From Raillietiella orientalis (taxonomy: Eukaryota), in contig JAYWIR010000035.1 of the NCBI GenBank assembly GCA_036172245.1, positions 1,984,001 through 2,048,000 on the forward strand: 64,000 nucleotides of DNA, read 5' to 3'. Shown in pieces: positions 11,113 to 23,827 of this stretch. Numbering within the stretch: position 1 is the first letter of the stretch; every line of letters begins with the position of its first letter. The notes below the pieces were generated by a model. The model was not told where the DNA came from. It saw only the letters and a program-made list of their open reading frames with translations, and did no database searches. The position numbers and the translations under genes are program-made.

Positions 11113-13340
11113 GTCACGCAGGGTTCATGCACTTCCTCACACCCGCCTGAGAGGATGTGCGCTTCCGTCAAAGGCCGCTAGGAAGTGTTTGCGGTAGTAC
11201 CAAGTGCGTGCGCAAGCCGGGAAGCAGTGGAGCTTCTCTGCGCCCCTTCACTTCCCTTGCCCTCCCGCGCGCAGCACCACTGTCAAGCTGACGCAGCAAC
11301 AGCAGCGGGGTTTCTCTCCCGGTGCGCGCGAACAGTGCCAGGCGCCAGGAGCAGCAGGGAGAGAGTCCCTGGTCCGAGGACGGCTGTGAAAGGGCAGCGG
11401 CGACGAAAATGCCACGATGGTCCTGGAACCGGAGACTCTTCCGTCCTTCGGCTCGGTCGGCGGGAGCAGATATACGCAGTGCTCGCGTACGCCGGCTTCT
11501 GGAAAGCCCCCGCACCGGCGAAGGGGATGCCCAGAGGCGAAAGCTCCGCCGAGGTGCGGGCGTTGACGGAAAGAGCCAGGCGACTCCAGGCGATCCCTCA
11601 GAGCCACGGTCCTAAGGGTCGAGGAGCGAAGCCACGCCGAGCCCTCTCCATGGGGAAATCCCCACCACATCGCTTCGAAGCCGTGGCGGGCGGTTCACGT
11701 GGTTCGGAAAGGAGGGGGCTTCCCCCACACGCGCCCGACGCGACTGGGGGAGGGGCAGCTGGGGCTGAGAAACGGGAAAAACTGTAACTTGTGGCACGTA
11801 GCGCTTGCTGTCACAACGATTTGCAACAAAAAAAGGGCACGTTCGGGTAGGTGAAGGCTGGGGGCGACGCTTTCCATCTGGCCGGCCCCCGCGCTGCCAC
11901 TGGCCAATTAATCGAATCGTGGGGAGCATCATCTGGAAGTCCCGTGGGATCGGAGTCCTCCTGCTTAAGAAACCGAAGACGGCGGCGCCTCCTCGTGACT
12001 GCAATGATGGAAGAGCTCTGCTTGGAGAAAGGTGGAGGAAGGAAGGGGAGGAGCGCCTCGGCGCCTCATCCCACAGTCGACCTGCGCGCGAGCCACGCAT
12101 GCACTTTATGCACGCAGGCGGCGATTCGTAGTCGGCGCGTGGGATTGCGAGGAAGCGCCGCTGCATCGACCTGCAGCTTTGCGCTCGAACTGGCGGGTGG
12201 TGGAGAAAGCGGTTGCCTGGCGACGGACTGTTTATCGTGGGGGGAGAGACTTCGATGCGCGCGAGCGAGCGCTTCGCCATCAAGGATACACGCTGGACAT
12301 CGTCCCCGAGGGTGCGCCTGCAGGTCCCGGGGCAATCGAGAGACGCGTGCGCGCTGTTTGGAACGAAAGCGAAGAAGAGGGAAAGGGAGCGGTGGATCGT
12401 TGTTTCCCTTGGATACGAGACGACGCGCTTCCATGGCGACCTCCCTCCGCTGCCTGCTGACGCAGATCGGGTGCCTCAGTGGGTCAGCAACTTTCCCTTT
12501 TCCCTCGAGGTGGTTATTTCGGGAAAAGCTGTGCATTCTCAGGGTCAAGGACCGCCTCATGAGAGGAAGAGCTCCTGTGTGAGGGAGGGCGAAGGGAGCG
12601 TCGGCTCGAGTAGGGAAGAGAGCCAGAACAAGCAGAGGAGTATATGGGGGTCTGCCGTTCCTGGAGGCAGTCTGCGACTGCCGTGCCAAGCTCGCACGGC
12701 TCCCTGGCTTCGGGAGAGAAGCGGGGATGACGACGAAAAAAGGGTCCGGGCCTCCCCGCGCCTCCTGAACGCGTGGGTGGATTCCGCGGTCTCGTCCGTG
12801 CAGACTCTGCTTCTGTCTTCTAGAGCATCGTCTTCTGCGGCGCCGCACGCGCGTGGGCAGTCCAGCAGTGAAGCAGGAGGGGGCGCGCACTCACCTCCGT
12901 AGCCCAATTCTTCCTTTCCGGGGGTTCGCCTTGCCTTCTCTCTGAGCAATGAGGGGGCAAGTCGGTTGAATGATGCCGAGAGCGCTCCTCCTTCCTGCCC
13001 CTTCCCCCTCTTCCATCTTCTCCCACTCTCCTGCAGCAGCTGCAGCGGAGGACACGCTCGTCGGCAGCTGATGTTCCCCGGGTTGACGGACGGTGAGAGC
13101 TCCCGTCGAAGTGCGTGAGGGGGGAAGCTGCCCTTCTCCCGGGGAATGGTGAAGGCCGGGCAGAAAAGGGCAAGTCCTTCGGACGGTGGCACCCCTCAGT
13201 AGGCTGGAAAATGGGTGGTGGTAGGGACAGCAAACCCGTCGTTTATTTGCGGGCGCATCCCCCGGAGGGGGGGGGGGAGGTTCGCTGCCGTCGTCATCAA
13301 CATGGCCCGCCTCCTTCCTTCCCCCCTGCTCGGGATCGGA

Positions 13341-13508
13341 TCACACGAGTGTGGAGAGCTCGAGGTGGCTCTGTGGGGCGATTGTGCTGAGGTCGAGCGT
13401 TGGGGACGGTAGACCCATCTGCAGGTCGCCAGAGACGGTCCGGATGCTCCTCTTTCCGTTGCAGGATGAATGGGGGTGCTCCGTTCCAGGGAGGACAGCC
13501 AACTTCTC
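13341..13508 (-). CDS. TMEM221: TMEM221-like last exon
   Basis: ttccag| acceptor in phase 0; 55 aa ending LELSTLV then TGA. Confidence 0.85.
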   Translation of the reverse strand, partial: EKLAVLPGTEHPHSSCNGKRSIRTVSGDLQMGLPSPTLDLSTIAPQSHLELSTLV

Positions 13509-16500
13509 CTGGAATAACGTGTTAACGTGAATGGTGACTCTTGCCGGCCAAAGACTCTCGGAAGGAACGTGAAAGGGGGGAAAGGGCGGCGTGGAAAGCG
13601 CCTAAGAAGAGGCCGGGGAGCGGAAGGTTTCTTCAGGTGTCCGGTGCCTGTTGGGGTCAGGACGGACGCTCCACGCCTTCCGCATCCACACCCCCTGGAA
13701 CGAGGTGCTTCTCATGCCACCACCCTTGGGCGGCGGTAAAAGAAGGGAGCAGCGACGTCCGAGGAGGTTGGGTGCTGGGGTGCAGTGCCCCTTCTGCTCC
13801 GTCGTGCATCCGCACGCCGCCGGAGTATGGGTGCTGCTCTTCTGGAGAACCCGTTCTGGAGGGGACTTCTCCATCCTCCTTCGAAGAGGTCGCGCGCGCA
13901 CCGCGACCTCGGAAAGCACCCCGATGAAAGGCGGCAGAGACGAGCAATCTGATTCAGGTCATCTCCTGGGAAACCCCGGGTCTTCCTCAAGAAGTGGAAC
14001 AAGACTTTTTTTTTTCTTTCTTTCTCGGGGTAAGGAAAGGGAGAGGATCGAGGTCTGAAATGAAGGAATGGACTGCGCTCCATTGTCTCGGCGGATTCCC
14101 CAGAAACGGGCAAGCAGAGGCAGCATCCACACTCAGGAGATCAGCGATCCGTCAGCTGCGTTGACGGAAGAGGCAAGGGACCACCCCCTTGCTTCTTCCG
14201 CGCCCTCTCTCTTCCACTACTTCCTCCTCTGCCGCCTCTCCTCCCCCCTCGTCACTTTCAAAGCGCGGACGTACGGGCGCCCGGAGGAGATGCGAACACT
14301 CCCCTCCGTTCCCTCCCCCTAGGGTCTGTAACCGGGTGAGTTGCCTACCTTCTGCCAAAGGTAGACGTTATGCACCATGGCGCAGCCGCAGAAGACGATG
14401 CCACACCCGATGAGGGCACTGATGACTATGGCAGGAGTCGAGTCCAGGTGCAGGAACGTGTAGAGGATGACACCTGCAAGAGGCACGACGAAGAAGACCT
14501 GGGTCTCGTGGGAGGAGACGCAGTAGCGGCGAGACGAGTCGCCCTTCCTCTCCGGGCTGGATTTTTCGGAGCGGAAAACTCGTCTTGCCAGCCAGATGCG
14601 CCGTATCCGGAGAAGAGGACGAGCAGCGTGTGGGCCTCGCTCGTCTCGCCGAAGGGTGGTGGTGGTGGGTAGGTGGGTGGGCAGTGCGGACGGACCACTC
14701 ACCAGTGAGGAACAGTGGGATGGACACGAAGAAGGCTGCGACGGCCAGGAGTCGACCGCAGGAGGAATTCTTCAGATACTCGGAGATGCTGCAATGCAGG
14801 CGCCGTTAGTGTGGGGCGAACGCACAACAGCGAGGGGTCTCGCGTGCGGCTGGCCCAGCGAAGGTGTCCCTCTAAAGCGCTTTTCGGAAACCCTGGTTGT
14901 TTGTACCTTCCCCCTTCTAGTCTTCCTCCCAAGGGGAAGAGGTGGAAATGGTGACACCAAATGCAGGCGGCGCCTGCGACAGAGACCCGGTACGCGGAGA
15001 CGAAAGATGGAGCGGCTACGCGGTCCCTTGCCAGCCTGCCGCACGTCGTGTCTTCTCTTCATCCTTCGCTTCCAACTTCCTTCTGGCCTCTACCAGAGGC
15101 AGAAGAAAGAGGAGAAGAGAACTGAGAAGAGAACCGGCTATCGGATTCTACATCGGGCACCGACGCGTTTCAGCCCGAGGTCGCCCCCAGACCCATCTTC
15201 GGGATGCTGCCGGAACAACCCTCTCTTCTGAAGAAACCACTCCTGACTTTTTTGGACAATGCGATGCCCTCAACCAACCTTTCAGGTACGTCGACCGACG
15301 CCAATCCAAGGATCAAACATCTTTCTTAGATAAGCTGAAGGAGCATGCCTTTGGCGTATCTAAAGAAGATGTTTTCCAGGTCCAGAAAAACCTTTCCCGG
15401 TGGATGAAACCGCGAACATCGCCGCGCTACGAGACTTCGAACCGCTTTCCAGCGGTACAGACACCAGCAGATTCCTGCTTTGATCTTCCCGCACGTTTCG
15501 TGAGCACGCGCATCAGCAAAGAGAGGACAAACTCAGTCAGCAAACTCGGCTTAGTCTGGGACTTCGCGGATTTCGGGAAGCACCGATCTCGGGAGAGGAG
15601 ACAGAGGCGCGCAAGAAGCTTCGATTTCCAGTTTCCATAACCGGGGAACGGGGTCCGTTCGAGGAACCCTTAGGAAGGAGGCACGCGCTGCTGTCACCGA
15701 GCGTTCCCGGGTCTAAGCCTCCGCTCCGGGCAAACAGGACTGTGAGAAGATCCTCTCGTCAGCAGGTTCAAACCCGAGCTTCCGGGACTTCAACATTGCC
15801 TCGGGATCTCCCTGCTTCTTGTTGAGGACGACACGCGGGACGAAAACAAATGAGGACACCTGTGTACCACGACCAGCGAGAGACACCTGTGGCTTGCGGG
15901 CAAGCTGCGGGAGTCTGCGTCTTTCGTGGGTGCGGGTGGGGCAAACTTGCGTGTCCAGGAGAAAGCAAAGCAGAACAGCGTTCCAACAGCAGCCGGAAGG
16001 CAGCCGCGGATGGCGCGCCCGATGGCGTGCGTAGAGCTGTTCTGACGAGCCACCCCACACATTCCGGTATGGGAATAGACGAAGTGGAAGGAAAGAGAGG
16101 GAGACGAGGTAGGCGGAAATGCCGGCACCCGAGGCTTTTGGGGATGCTCTGGATGGAGGGGGAAAGGCCATGCTGTCGGACGCGGAGCGCTCCACGGCAG
16201 CACGGTCCCTGCTGGCAGGGCCCAACCCTGCGCAGGCGGGCGCCAGGACTGTCCCCATGGCACGAGGAGTGCACGCAAGGCACCTCGGAAAACGACGCGC
16301 CGCAAGAAGGATAAGGGGAGGGGGGGGAGAAAAGCGCGCCAGAAATCGTCACCGCTTCCACAGGTCATGGCCGCGGAAAGAGGAAGAAGAGACGCTCGCC
16401 GGAAGAGGCATTTGGAAGACCCGTTGGATGGAAGGAAGGGGAGGGGCAATGTAGCCTCGAAAGCAAAGTCCGTGTCCAGAGCGTCCTCAAGGGGGGTCTC

Positions 16501-19500
16501 AAGGAAGTCCTCAGCGAGGGCGCTTCCTTCAGGTCCTCCACTAATGGCTTCTCATCTCCAAGACACTGAACGATCTCCACCTCCCCACGCTACTACGTCT
16601 CTCCAGGAAATTCGCCCGATCTTCGCCCAGGAGCCAATCGAGGATCGGGGCGCTTTCCGAGGTCGTGGTGCCCGCGCAATCGTTCGGAAGGAAGGTGGAG
16701 AAGTTCTTTCCAGGACGAGTTCTTCGGCGGCAAAGGCGAGGATGCTGCGAGAGACGCAGACGGATGAACCCAAACGGAGGAGTAACTACGGGCACTCTTC
16801 GCTTCAATGTGGAGAAGAGACGGGAGGTTGCTCAAGAATCGAGACTGCTTGATCCTTTCGTCCACCCAGAGGCGCGCGTTTCGGAGGAGGCACCTCGATG
16901 ACTCGAGGTGCCGATGGAAACCGCGTCACGGGCTGGAAGCAGCGCTGTAGAAATCAGAAGGCGCAAGTGACCGCTGACGTCCAGGAAGGACTTCCGGAAA
17001 GGGAGTGCGTTGGGGGTGCAGTCTGAGCGGGTCACCAGCGATGCCTGTTGGGCGCGACATCCGAAGAAAGGAGGAGGAAGCCTTTCTTACTGATCTCCGG
17101 CATGCGGCTTGGGACGCGCTGCCCCCTTCGGTATACGCAGCAGCAAGAAGTTCCAAAAAAGAGTCGAAAACTCTTGCAGTCGCATGAAAACGACCGGGGT
17201 GGGAGGTACTCCGGTCTTCGAAGGGTGGATAAGTCCGGTCCTGGGAGCACAGGTTTTCCCAGGACAGGACGTTCGGTTGCGGCGGCATCAGATGGAAGGA
17301 AAACGCGTGAGGAAGCCCCTTCTCCCGACCGGGATACTGGAGGCAGGTCCTTCTCGGAGACGGTCATTGCCAAGAGGGGCTACTACCGCAAGAAGAGCGC
17401 TGGAAAGGGAGGGGTGGCATCTGGAATGCAAGCGGTGCGCCGCTGCTGCTGCTGCCGGTTGTTGATGGTGGTGGTCCGCCAGCAGCGCGCTGTCAGACGA
17501 GCCGGTGAGGGGAACGACCGCAGAGCTCGCCTCCCCCAGGTCGGGAAGGTTCGACGCCGCCGTGGCACGCCCTTCCCGGGACGGATCCCGGCTGGGAATG
17601 TTGCTCGTCGGCACACGCGGAGGAAGCGCTGATGAAAGCATAAAAGGCGATGCTGCCCGCGAAGCCTGACCGGGGTGGGTGGGGGCGGGCTGACCATTTC
17701 TTCAACTACTCATCGGCGGCTCCGACCCCGCGTCCGATCGAGATGGAATGCCGCTGCCTGACGATCTTCTGGGAACCCAAGGCTCCACGGAAACGGGAAC
17801 GGGCGGAAGGGAAGTGGCGTGAGCGGCCCCTCCTGCAGGGGAAGTTCCGGAGTCTCCGCCTGCCATGCGATGCGGCCCGCTGGCGCCCTCCTGACACACT
17901 CCGCAGACGCTTGCTGCGGCAATTTCCCGATGATGACGGTCTAGGACTGATGGTTCCCGGGACATCATAGCTCGGCTCGGCCGACGAGGCTGCCATGACA
18001 GGCCTCTTGGCACGCTTTCTCCTGGCGACCGGCTGCCTCGGCGACGGCGGGTGACGCCGGGCCCGTGCGTCCTCCGCTGCTGGGAGAAGACGCGGGAAGG
18101 AGGAGGGGCAATGGCGTGGGAGGAGGGAAAGGGGAGTCCTGGATTTTTTCCCGGAGCTCTGATCCCGGACGAAATTCGATCCTGGCGCGTCATGCTACGG
18201 AGCCCCTGAGGGGAGTGGATTTGCCCGCAGGCGCTGCGCTCGAGGCCGCAGGAGGCTCGGCCTCGGACTCCGGCAGCGAGCGGAGGCAGAAGACGCTCCC
18301 TTGGAAGACCCGATTCCTCGTGCGCTCCGGAACATGAGGCAGAGCTATCCCGGAGGGCTTCCGGGCGAAACCCCCCGGGCTCGTGCGGCGTTCCCTTCCC
18401 AGAAGGCGCGGGCGTTCTTCTCCGGCTAGGGGATGGGGCGGCGGGCGAGTTGCCGAAAGAAGGCGGGAGGGGGGAGGGGAGGGGGAAGCGTCCCGCCCTC
18501 ATGGAGCGGTCGCTTGCATGCGCAGTAGCCGGGAGGTTCCAGACTGCCGCGGCGGAGGAATTTCTCCCGCGCCGAGTGCGCGCGGCGCAGCTGGGTGTTG
18601 CGGGCTACAAGGGAAGGGTTCAAAGGTCGCCCGCTCGGTCTTCCGGATGGATTTTTTTTTTCTCTTGAGCCGCTGCCGCGAGTGACGCGGTGCGCCGTGT
18701 TTCTCCCATGCGCCATCTCTGGGTCAGAGGAGGGGACGCGGCACCAGCCGTCGCGGTGGCAACCGCTCCGCGCAACGTTCCCCCCGAGCATTTGGCAACG
18801 GACGCGGGCGCAAAAGCAGCGGCACGTGCGAATCGCTCCACCCTTTTTGCCCGTCGGGAATCGGAAGCGCTCACACCCGTCCTCCTGAGCGACGATGCCC
18901 CCGAGCGAGGGAGGCTGCCACAACCAGCAGGAGCAGCGCGAGGGCGTCTCGCGGGGAGACGTCGGGTCTTTCCCGTACGATGCGTTTCGACAGCCCTCCG
19001 TTCCCTCCTTCCCTCCTCGAAAGCGAAAACCCCTGAGAAGGAGAACGAGGTTGGCCGCCGCCGCCACGCACAACAGGCGGGCATAAAAAAGGAAAAAAGG
19101 CAGCCGCGCGCGCGGAGGGCGGGAAGGAGGGGAAGGGGGAGAAACTGTGCAGCGACACGGTCCACTCGTCCGTGGTCTCCCTTTGTCTCCGGGAAGAACT
19201 TTTTTGTTTATTTGTTCCTTCGGAGAAGGCGAGTCGTCCCTTGTTCCCGGCTGCTGCTGCTGCTGGAAGTTTGGATCCGCAGGAGCTTTCGGACGACGAG
19301 CGAGCGAAGGAGGAGGAGGAGCGAATGATGGCGCAGGAAGACTTCAGGCAGCTGCTAGCGGAAGCGGAGGGAAGGGGCGCGTGAGTTGCGCGCGCGAAGG
19401 ACAAGTTCGGGAGGCAGAGCGATAAGCGATGGGCGAGTCCTCTCGACTATCCCCACCCCATCCTCGCCGGAGCAAGGGGAGGGGATGCGAAGGAGAAGGG

Positions 19501-21382
19501 AGGGAGATGTTCCTGTGGGAACGCGGGGAGGGGCGCGGCCGCCGATCGCCTCCTCGCCCTGCGGCTCCCGCGCTCGCGCGAAAAGGCGGCGGTGGCTTCC
19601 GCGGCAGCAAGGTCACTGTTGTCATCGATCATCTGGCACCGTTGACCTCCTCCGTCTGGGCAGGGAGGGCGGACGCTTCGATGCGAGCAGCGCGGGTGGC
19701 TCTGCCGAGGCCTCCGCGAGCGCCTGGCCGCGCTCATCGCCTCGAGGCGCTCTCTCCACGGTCCTCCGCCACCCCGCCGGGCCGGCGCCTCTTGTCGCGA
19801 GACGCCCCCCCCCCTCGGGGGGAGTGGTCGTGCCCGGCACCTGCGGAGCCGGTGGGTTTAGCTCTCCTCTCCTCCCTCCCGTTGCACCACGCACCGGGGA
19901 AGACGTGCGGAGCGACCCGCGAGACGAGCAGCAGCAGCCGACGGTGCTGCCATATGTGAAAGGGGAGGGCCAGGTTCGCCGCCTGCCGTTGCGGACCCAG
20001 AGAGACCCCAGGAGATGACCTGGGAGAGGAGGGAAAGGCAAGCACCCGCCTTCCCTCGAGGGCGGTAGGGCTCGGGAGAACGGACGACGGATCTCGCAAG
20101 GGACGAGCAGCCTCCAGAGAGATCGGAGGGCCACAGGGGAACAAGAGGTCAACCGAGAGGCGCAGCTGTGAGCAAGCGCCAGCGCGCAAGTGCGGCGCTG
20201 CTAGAGCACAACGAAGGGGTACAGGATGAAGCGGCGTGGGGGGGGGGGGGGCTTGGGACGAGGACCATGTCAGGGCCGCTGGGCTGTAACGGCGCCACTG
20301 GCGTCTCGTGACGCTCCGTTCCGCCCGGCGGCGGCAAGAAAGACGTGAGCCTACGAAAGTGGTGCCACCTCCTCCGGTGACTGCGAGGCGCGGTCGCGTC
20401 ACCGGAAAGCCGGAGGCTTGCGCGCCTGCGCGTTCCGCTACGGGCGAGTTGAACCTGCGGCGCGCAGCAGGGGAGACCCGAAGAGTGAGGGAAAAAACGC
20501 CGATGATCAAGGGGCGTGCCCCAACGCTCGACGCCCACCCAGAAAGTACAGAGCCAAGCCGGCGACGACCTCGCCCGCTTGGGAGACCGAGAGTCCGTGG
20601 CTACAACCTCCCGTGCCACCATCTCGCAGAGAGCGGGGGTCGAGAGGCACTGGTGACCCACCTGCACAGGGGGAGTCCGCACTGGGGAGAAGGGGTAGGA
20701 GAGCACGGCCCGGGTCGGCCGTCACCGCCTGCACGCACGCGGAGCTCCTTCCTGGCCCCGCCCTGCGCAGGCGCGGGGGGGGGAGGGGGAGAGCGAGCCC
20801 CGAAAGCTCCTCTTACCGCACGTCGGCTCCCGGAAGGCCCAACAGTCGCACCGCGAAGACAAACTGGACCGAGCACAGCAGGAGGCAGCACAGATCCAGG
20901 GACAACGTGATGGCGACGAGGCCCAGGGTGACGTTTGTGACGTCCCGGAACTCGTCCGCAGACACCACCTTGGTGCTGCCGTCGGCGGGAGGAACGGCAT
21001 CCCTGCCGGACTGGGAACCGACCTCGACGAAGAACAGGAGGGCCAGAATGGACATCAGCAGGGATACCACGCACAGCAGGGCCAAGAGGGGAATGAGGGA
21101 TCTGGCCGCGGGGGCGCGGCGCGCCGCTGGGGTGGCGCCGCTGGAGGTCGAGGGACGCACCTGCTCGTGCGGCGGGGAGCCGGGGGATGCAACGCCGGAC
21201 ACGTGGCTGATCGACGTGTTCCTGGTGACGTCCGTGAGCGCTCCCGCTCCTTCCCCGGGAGACCCGCTTCCGGACTGCAGGGAGCTGATGCGGGAGCTGT
21301 TGAGCATCGTCGGAAGATGGCCGTTGGGCAGAGTTCTGTGGCCATCCCCGGGAGTGACGTTGAGGTGCTTCAGCATGGTCAT
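13341..21382 (-). CDS. TMEM221: TMEM221/Jiraiya-family multi-pass membrane protein, spliced: complement(join(13341..13508,14349..14473,14703..14788,20817..21382)), 314 aa
   Basis: Four GT-AG exons join in phase (566+86+125+168=945 nt). Translation: ...LLALLCVVSLLMSILALLFF...EFRDVTNVTLGLVAITLSLDLCCLLLCSVQFVFAVRLLGLPGADVR/ISEYLKNSSCGRLLAVAAFFVSIPLFLTG/VILYTFLHLDSTPAIVISALIGCGIVFCGCAMVHNVYLWQK/EKL...SHLELSTLV*. The hydrophobic helices and motifs match the Jiraiya domain as I recall it. The start codon is uncertain (21382 or 21376), and an acceptor-like ttgcag at 21399 suggests a further upstream exon. Confidence 0.88.
14349..14473 (-). CDS. TMEM221: TMEM221-like exon 3
   Basis: cttgcag| acceptor, AAG|gtaggc donor; VILYTFLHLDSTPAIVISALIGCGIVFCGCAMVHNVYLWQK. 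Confidence 0.9.
14703..14788 (-). CDS. TMEM221: TMEM221-like exon 2
   Basis: ctaac branch motif and ttgcag| acceptor, |gtgagt donor; ISEYLKNSSCGRLLAVAAFFVSIPLFLT. Confidence 0.88.
20817..21382 (-). CDS. TMEM221: TMEM221-like exon 1
   Basis: Within ORF 20813..21598; two hydrophobic helices; donor CG|gtaaga at 20816. Confidence 0.88.
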
Positions 21383-23738
21383 CGGGGTGGTGGAGCTTCT
21401 GCAAGCAAACAGCTTCAACCTGGTCGCGATTGCGACAGGCGAGGGGGGGGGGGAGGTCAGGAAGAAGGCGCTGCCAGGTGAGGAGGGGGAAAAAACCCGG
21501 CAGAAGAAGGAAGGGCAACTCCTCCAGAGGAAGCTGGTGAGGACGGGGTGGAGGTCATCCATTTGCGGGGGCGTCGGGAGACCGACGGACCTCGTCACGA
21601 TCCGAAAAGCGGGTTCGTTCCAGACAAGGTAGGATCGAGCACTCTCGGCTGGCCCACGCCCACGGTTTAAGAGGAGGCGGGCGGTCGGCTAGCAGCGCGA
21701 TGGCGCCTGTGGTGCTTCCCGAGAGGAGGTGCGCGGATTCTCTGCAGAGCTGCCACGTGGCTTTCACAGAACTTGCGTGCCAGTGGGGGAAATGGGAGCG
21801 AATCGGGAGTTGCACAGCCAGGAAGCCCCCACCTACTCTTTCCGACGACTGTCCGGAAGCACGGCAGAAGAGAAGACGCGGTCCGCCTCCCCTGCGACGC
21901 GCCCCAGGCTAGGACGCCGTTCCGAGGCGATGGCACAGCCCGAAGACCGGTTCCGAGTTTAGGGAGGGGAGAGTTTCCCGCCCCTTTCTCTTCCGGCCCC
22001 CTGTGGAAAGGGGAGGTGTCGCAACGGAGGGGGAACGCCGCCGCGCCTGCGGCATCTCGCGTGGTCCGGTCTGCACCCGACACCACCGTTTCCTACGTTA
22101 CGCACGAGAACAAAGGGGTCTTCTTTCTGACCCCCACCGCACTCCCCACCCCACCCCGTTCCCAACCGACTCACGCACGCGGGGCTGACGCCGCACTTTT
22201 TGCCCTCCGATGGAGCCCGCGGACTTCGCTGCCGGAGACGCAGGTGCCGCACGGTGGAAAGGACTCGGGAGGAAGAGGCAAAAGGTATCCGGAACAGATG
22301 AGGAAGGCCGTCTTCTCTCCGCTTTATCCTCTCATCCGGTTGACATTTTGCCGAAGAGGAAGATGGGTACATTCGACACGAAGGAGCTTCGAGCGTGACT
22401 CGAAAGAGGGCGCTGGGTCGCACCCAAGGAGGAGTACACCGGGGCGGGACGTGGTCCAAGGACTTGACGCCCTGGGAGGGCCCCTCCCCCGTTCTCCAAA
22501 ACAGCACCAGCGGCGACTGATCCACACGGAACACTCAGAAGCTCTGCTTCCTGTAAAAAAGCAAGGGGGAGGGAAAAAGTAGGTCCTGGTGCTCGGAGAG
22601 CCGAGGCGGACCACTCCGGGTGGGGATTGCGCACTCAATCCCCCTCTCTTTCTTTGTCCAAGCCGTTTAATCTTGAAGCGGGGGTTCATAGGACCATTCC
22701 ACGGACCCTCAGAGGAGTCCACAGACTCGGGTCCGCTCCCAGTGCGCATCGTGGGGGCTACATGGTGGCTGCGCACGTCGGGAAGCTGATCCCGCCTCCG
22801 TTCCGACCCGCCAGCACGGCAGACGCGGAGGTTTCCCCAGGCAGCGAACACCGGAGATCGGGCATGGAACCACTCGAGAGCTTCCTGATGCACGGCGTGC
22901 GTGTGCGCAGAGGAGTTTTCCACATTTGCCACAATGCAGCACCATCCCTGCGCACTGCCGTCCTCTCTCGTCCATTGCATCAGCTGCTTCTGGCTCTTCC
23001 CTTCTCGGCAATCCACAGAAGAGGAAAGGAGACCGGGAGAGAGACCTGCCACGCGGGCGGGAAGGTCCAGTCCATGCGGGGGAAGAGGGCGGAGGTCCAT
23101 TCTCGGATAAGCGAGGATTCACTCTCATCTTGAAACCTTCCCGAACACGCTGTCGCGCGGCGGGAAAAGGAAAAGAAGAAAAAAAAAACCTGTAGAAATT
23201 TAGGAAGGTTCATGGCGCCAAGAAGGACGGGTTTCGCACGCTCATCCTCCTCTGGCCAAGGTACGATGACAGCGATGACAGAACCGCGCGAACAAACACG
23301 CAAGTAAGCACGTCATCCTCTCTTCCCGGCTCCGTGATATCGCCCGCGCGTTAACGACTGTACATTAACATGCTATGAGAGTGCCCAACAAACCACGTCA
23401 ACAAAGCAGGAAGGCAACAAACACGGAACGCTGGAGGAATCGTCGATACACCGTTGTCTTGGCCACCCGGATGCGATATACTACGACGTAATTTTGTGCT
23501 GTACGTCCTCATCCGCAATGCATTTAAGCGTGTTTGATCATGCATTGCATTGGCTAATTATGCGTTATCATCAACAAAAACATCTTGTACTCTCTCTTCG
23601 TCCATTTCGTGTTTCGAGAATACCGACACGAGAAAAGAGACCGCAGGACGCGACCCGATTGAAGGCGATAAAGTCGATAAAGAAGACGCTTGGGTTGCCA
23701 TTTTATTAGGGGTTATACTGACCTCACTATACCTATGA

Positions 23739-23827
23739 CAGACGCCAACAATGGAACGCGCGGGAGATCCGCAGACGCCAACAATGGAACGCGCGGGGGA
23801 TCCGCAGACGCCAACAATGGAACGCGC
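23739..23827. repeat. 33-bp tandem repeat, ~2.7 copies (cagacgccaacaatggaacgcgcgggRgatccg)
   Basis: Units at 23739, 23772 and 23805 (partial); one mismatch between the two full units. Confidence 0.97.

Noticed and set aside
19226..19380. Apparent nested + strand exon (DPQELSDDERAKEEEERMMAQEDFRQLLAEAE, then gtgagt)
   Set aside because: Reading on gives GA*VARAKDKF, which fits the LINE EN-RT linker pattern; no partner exons found
23213..23303. Possible first exon MAPRRTGF...|gtaagc on +
   Set aside because: No downstream exons identified, and the opposite strand looks like RT-derived sequence
23739..23827. CRISPR-like repeat
   Set aside because: Head-to-tail units with no unique spacers, eukaryotic context, no cas genes
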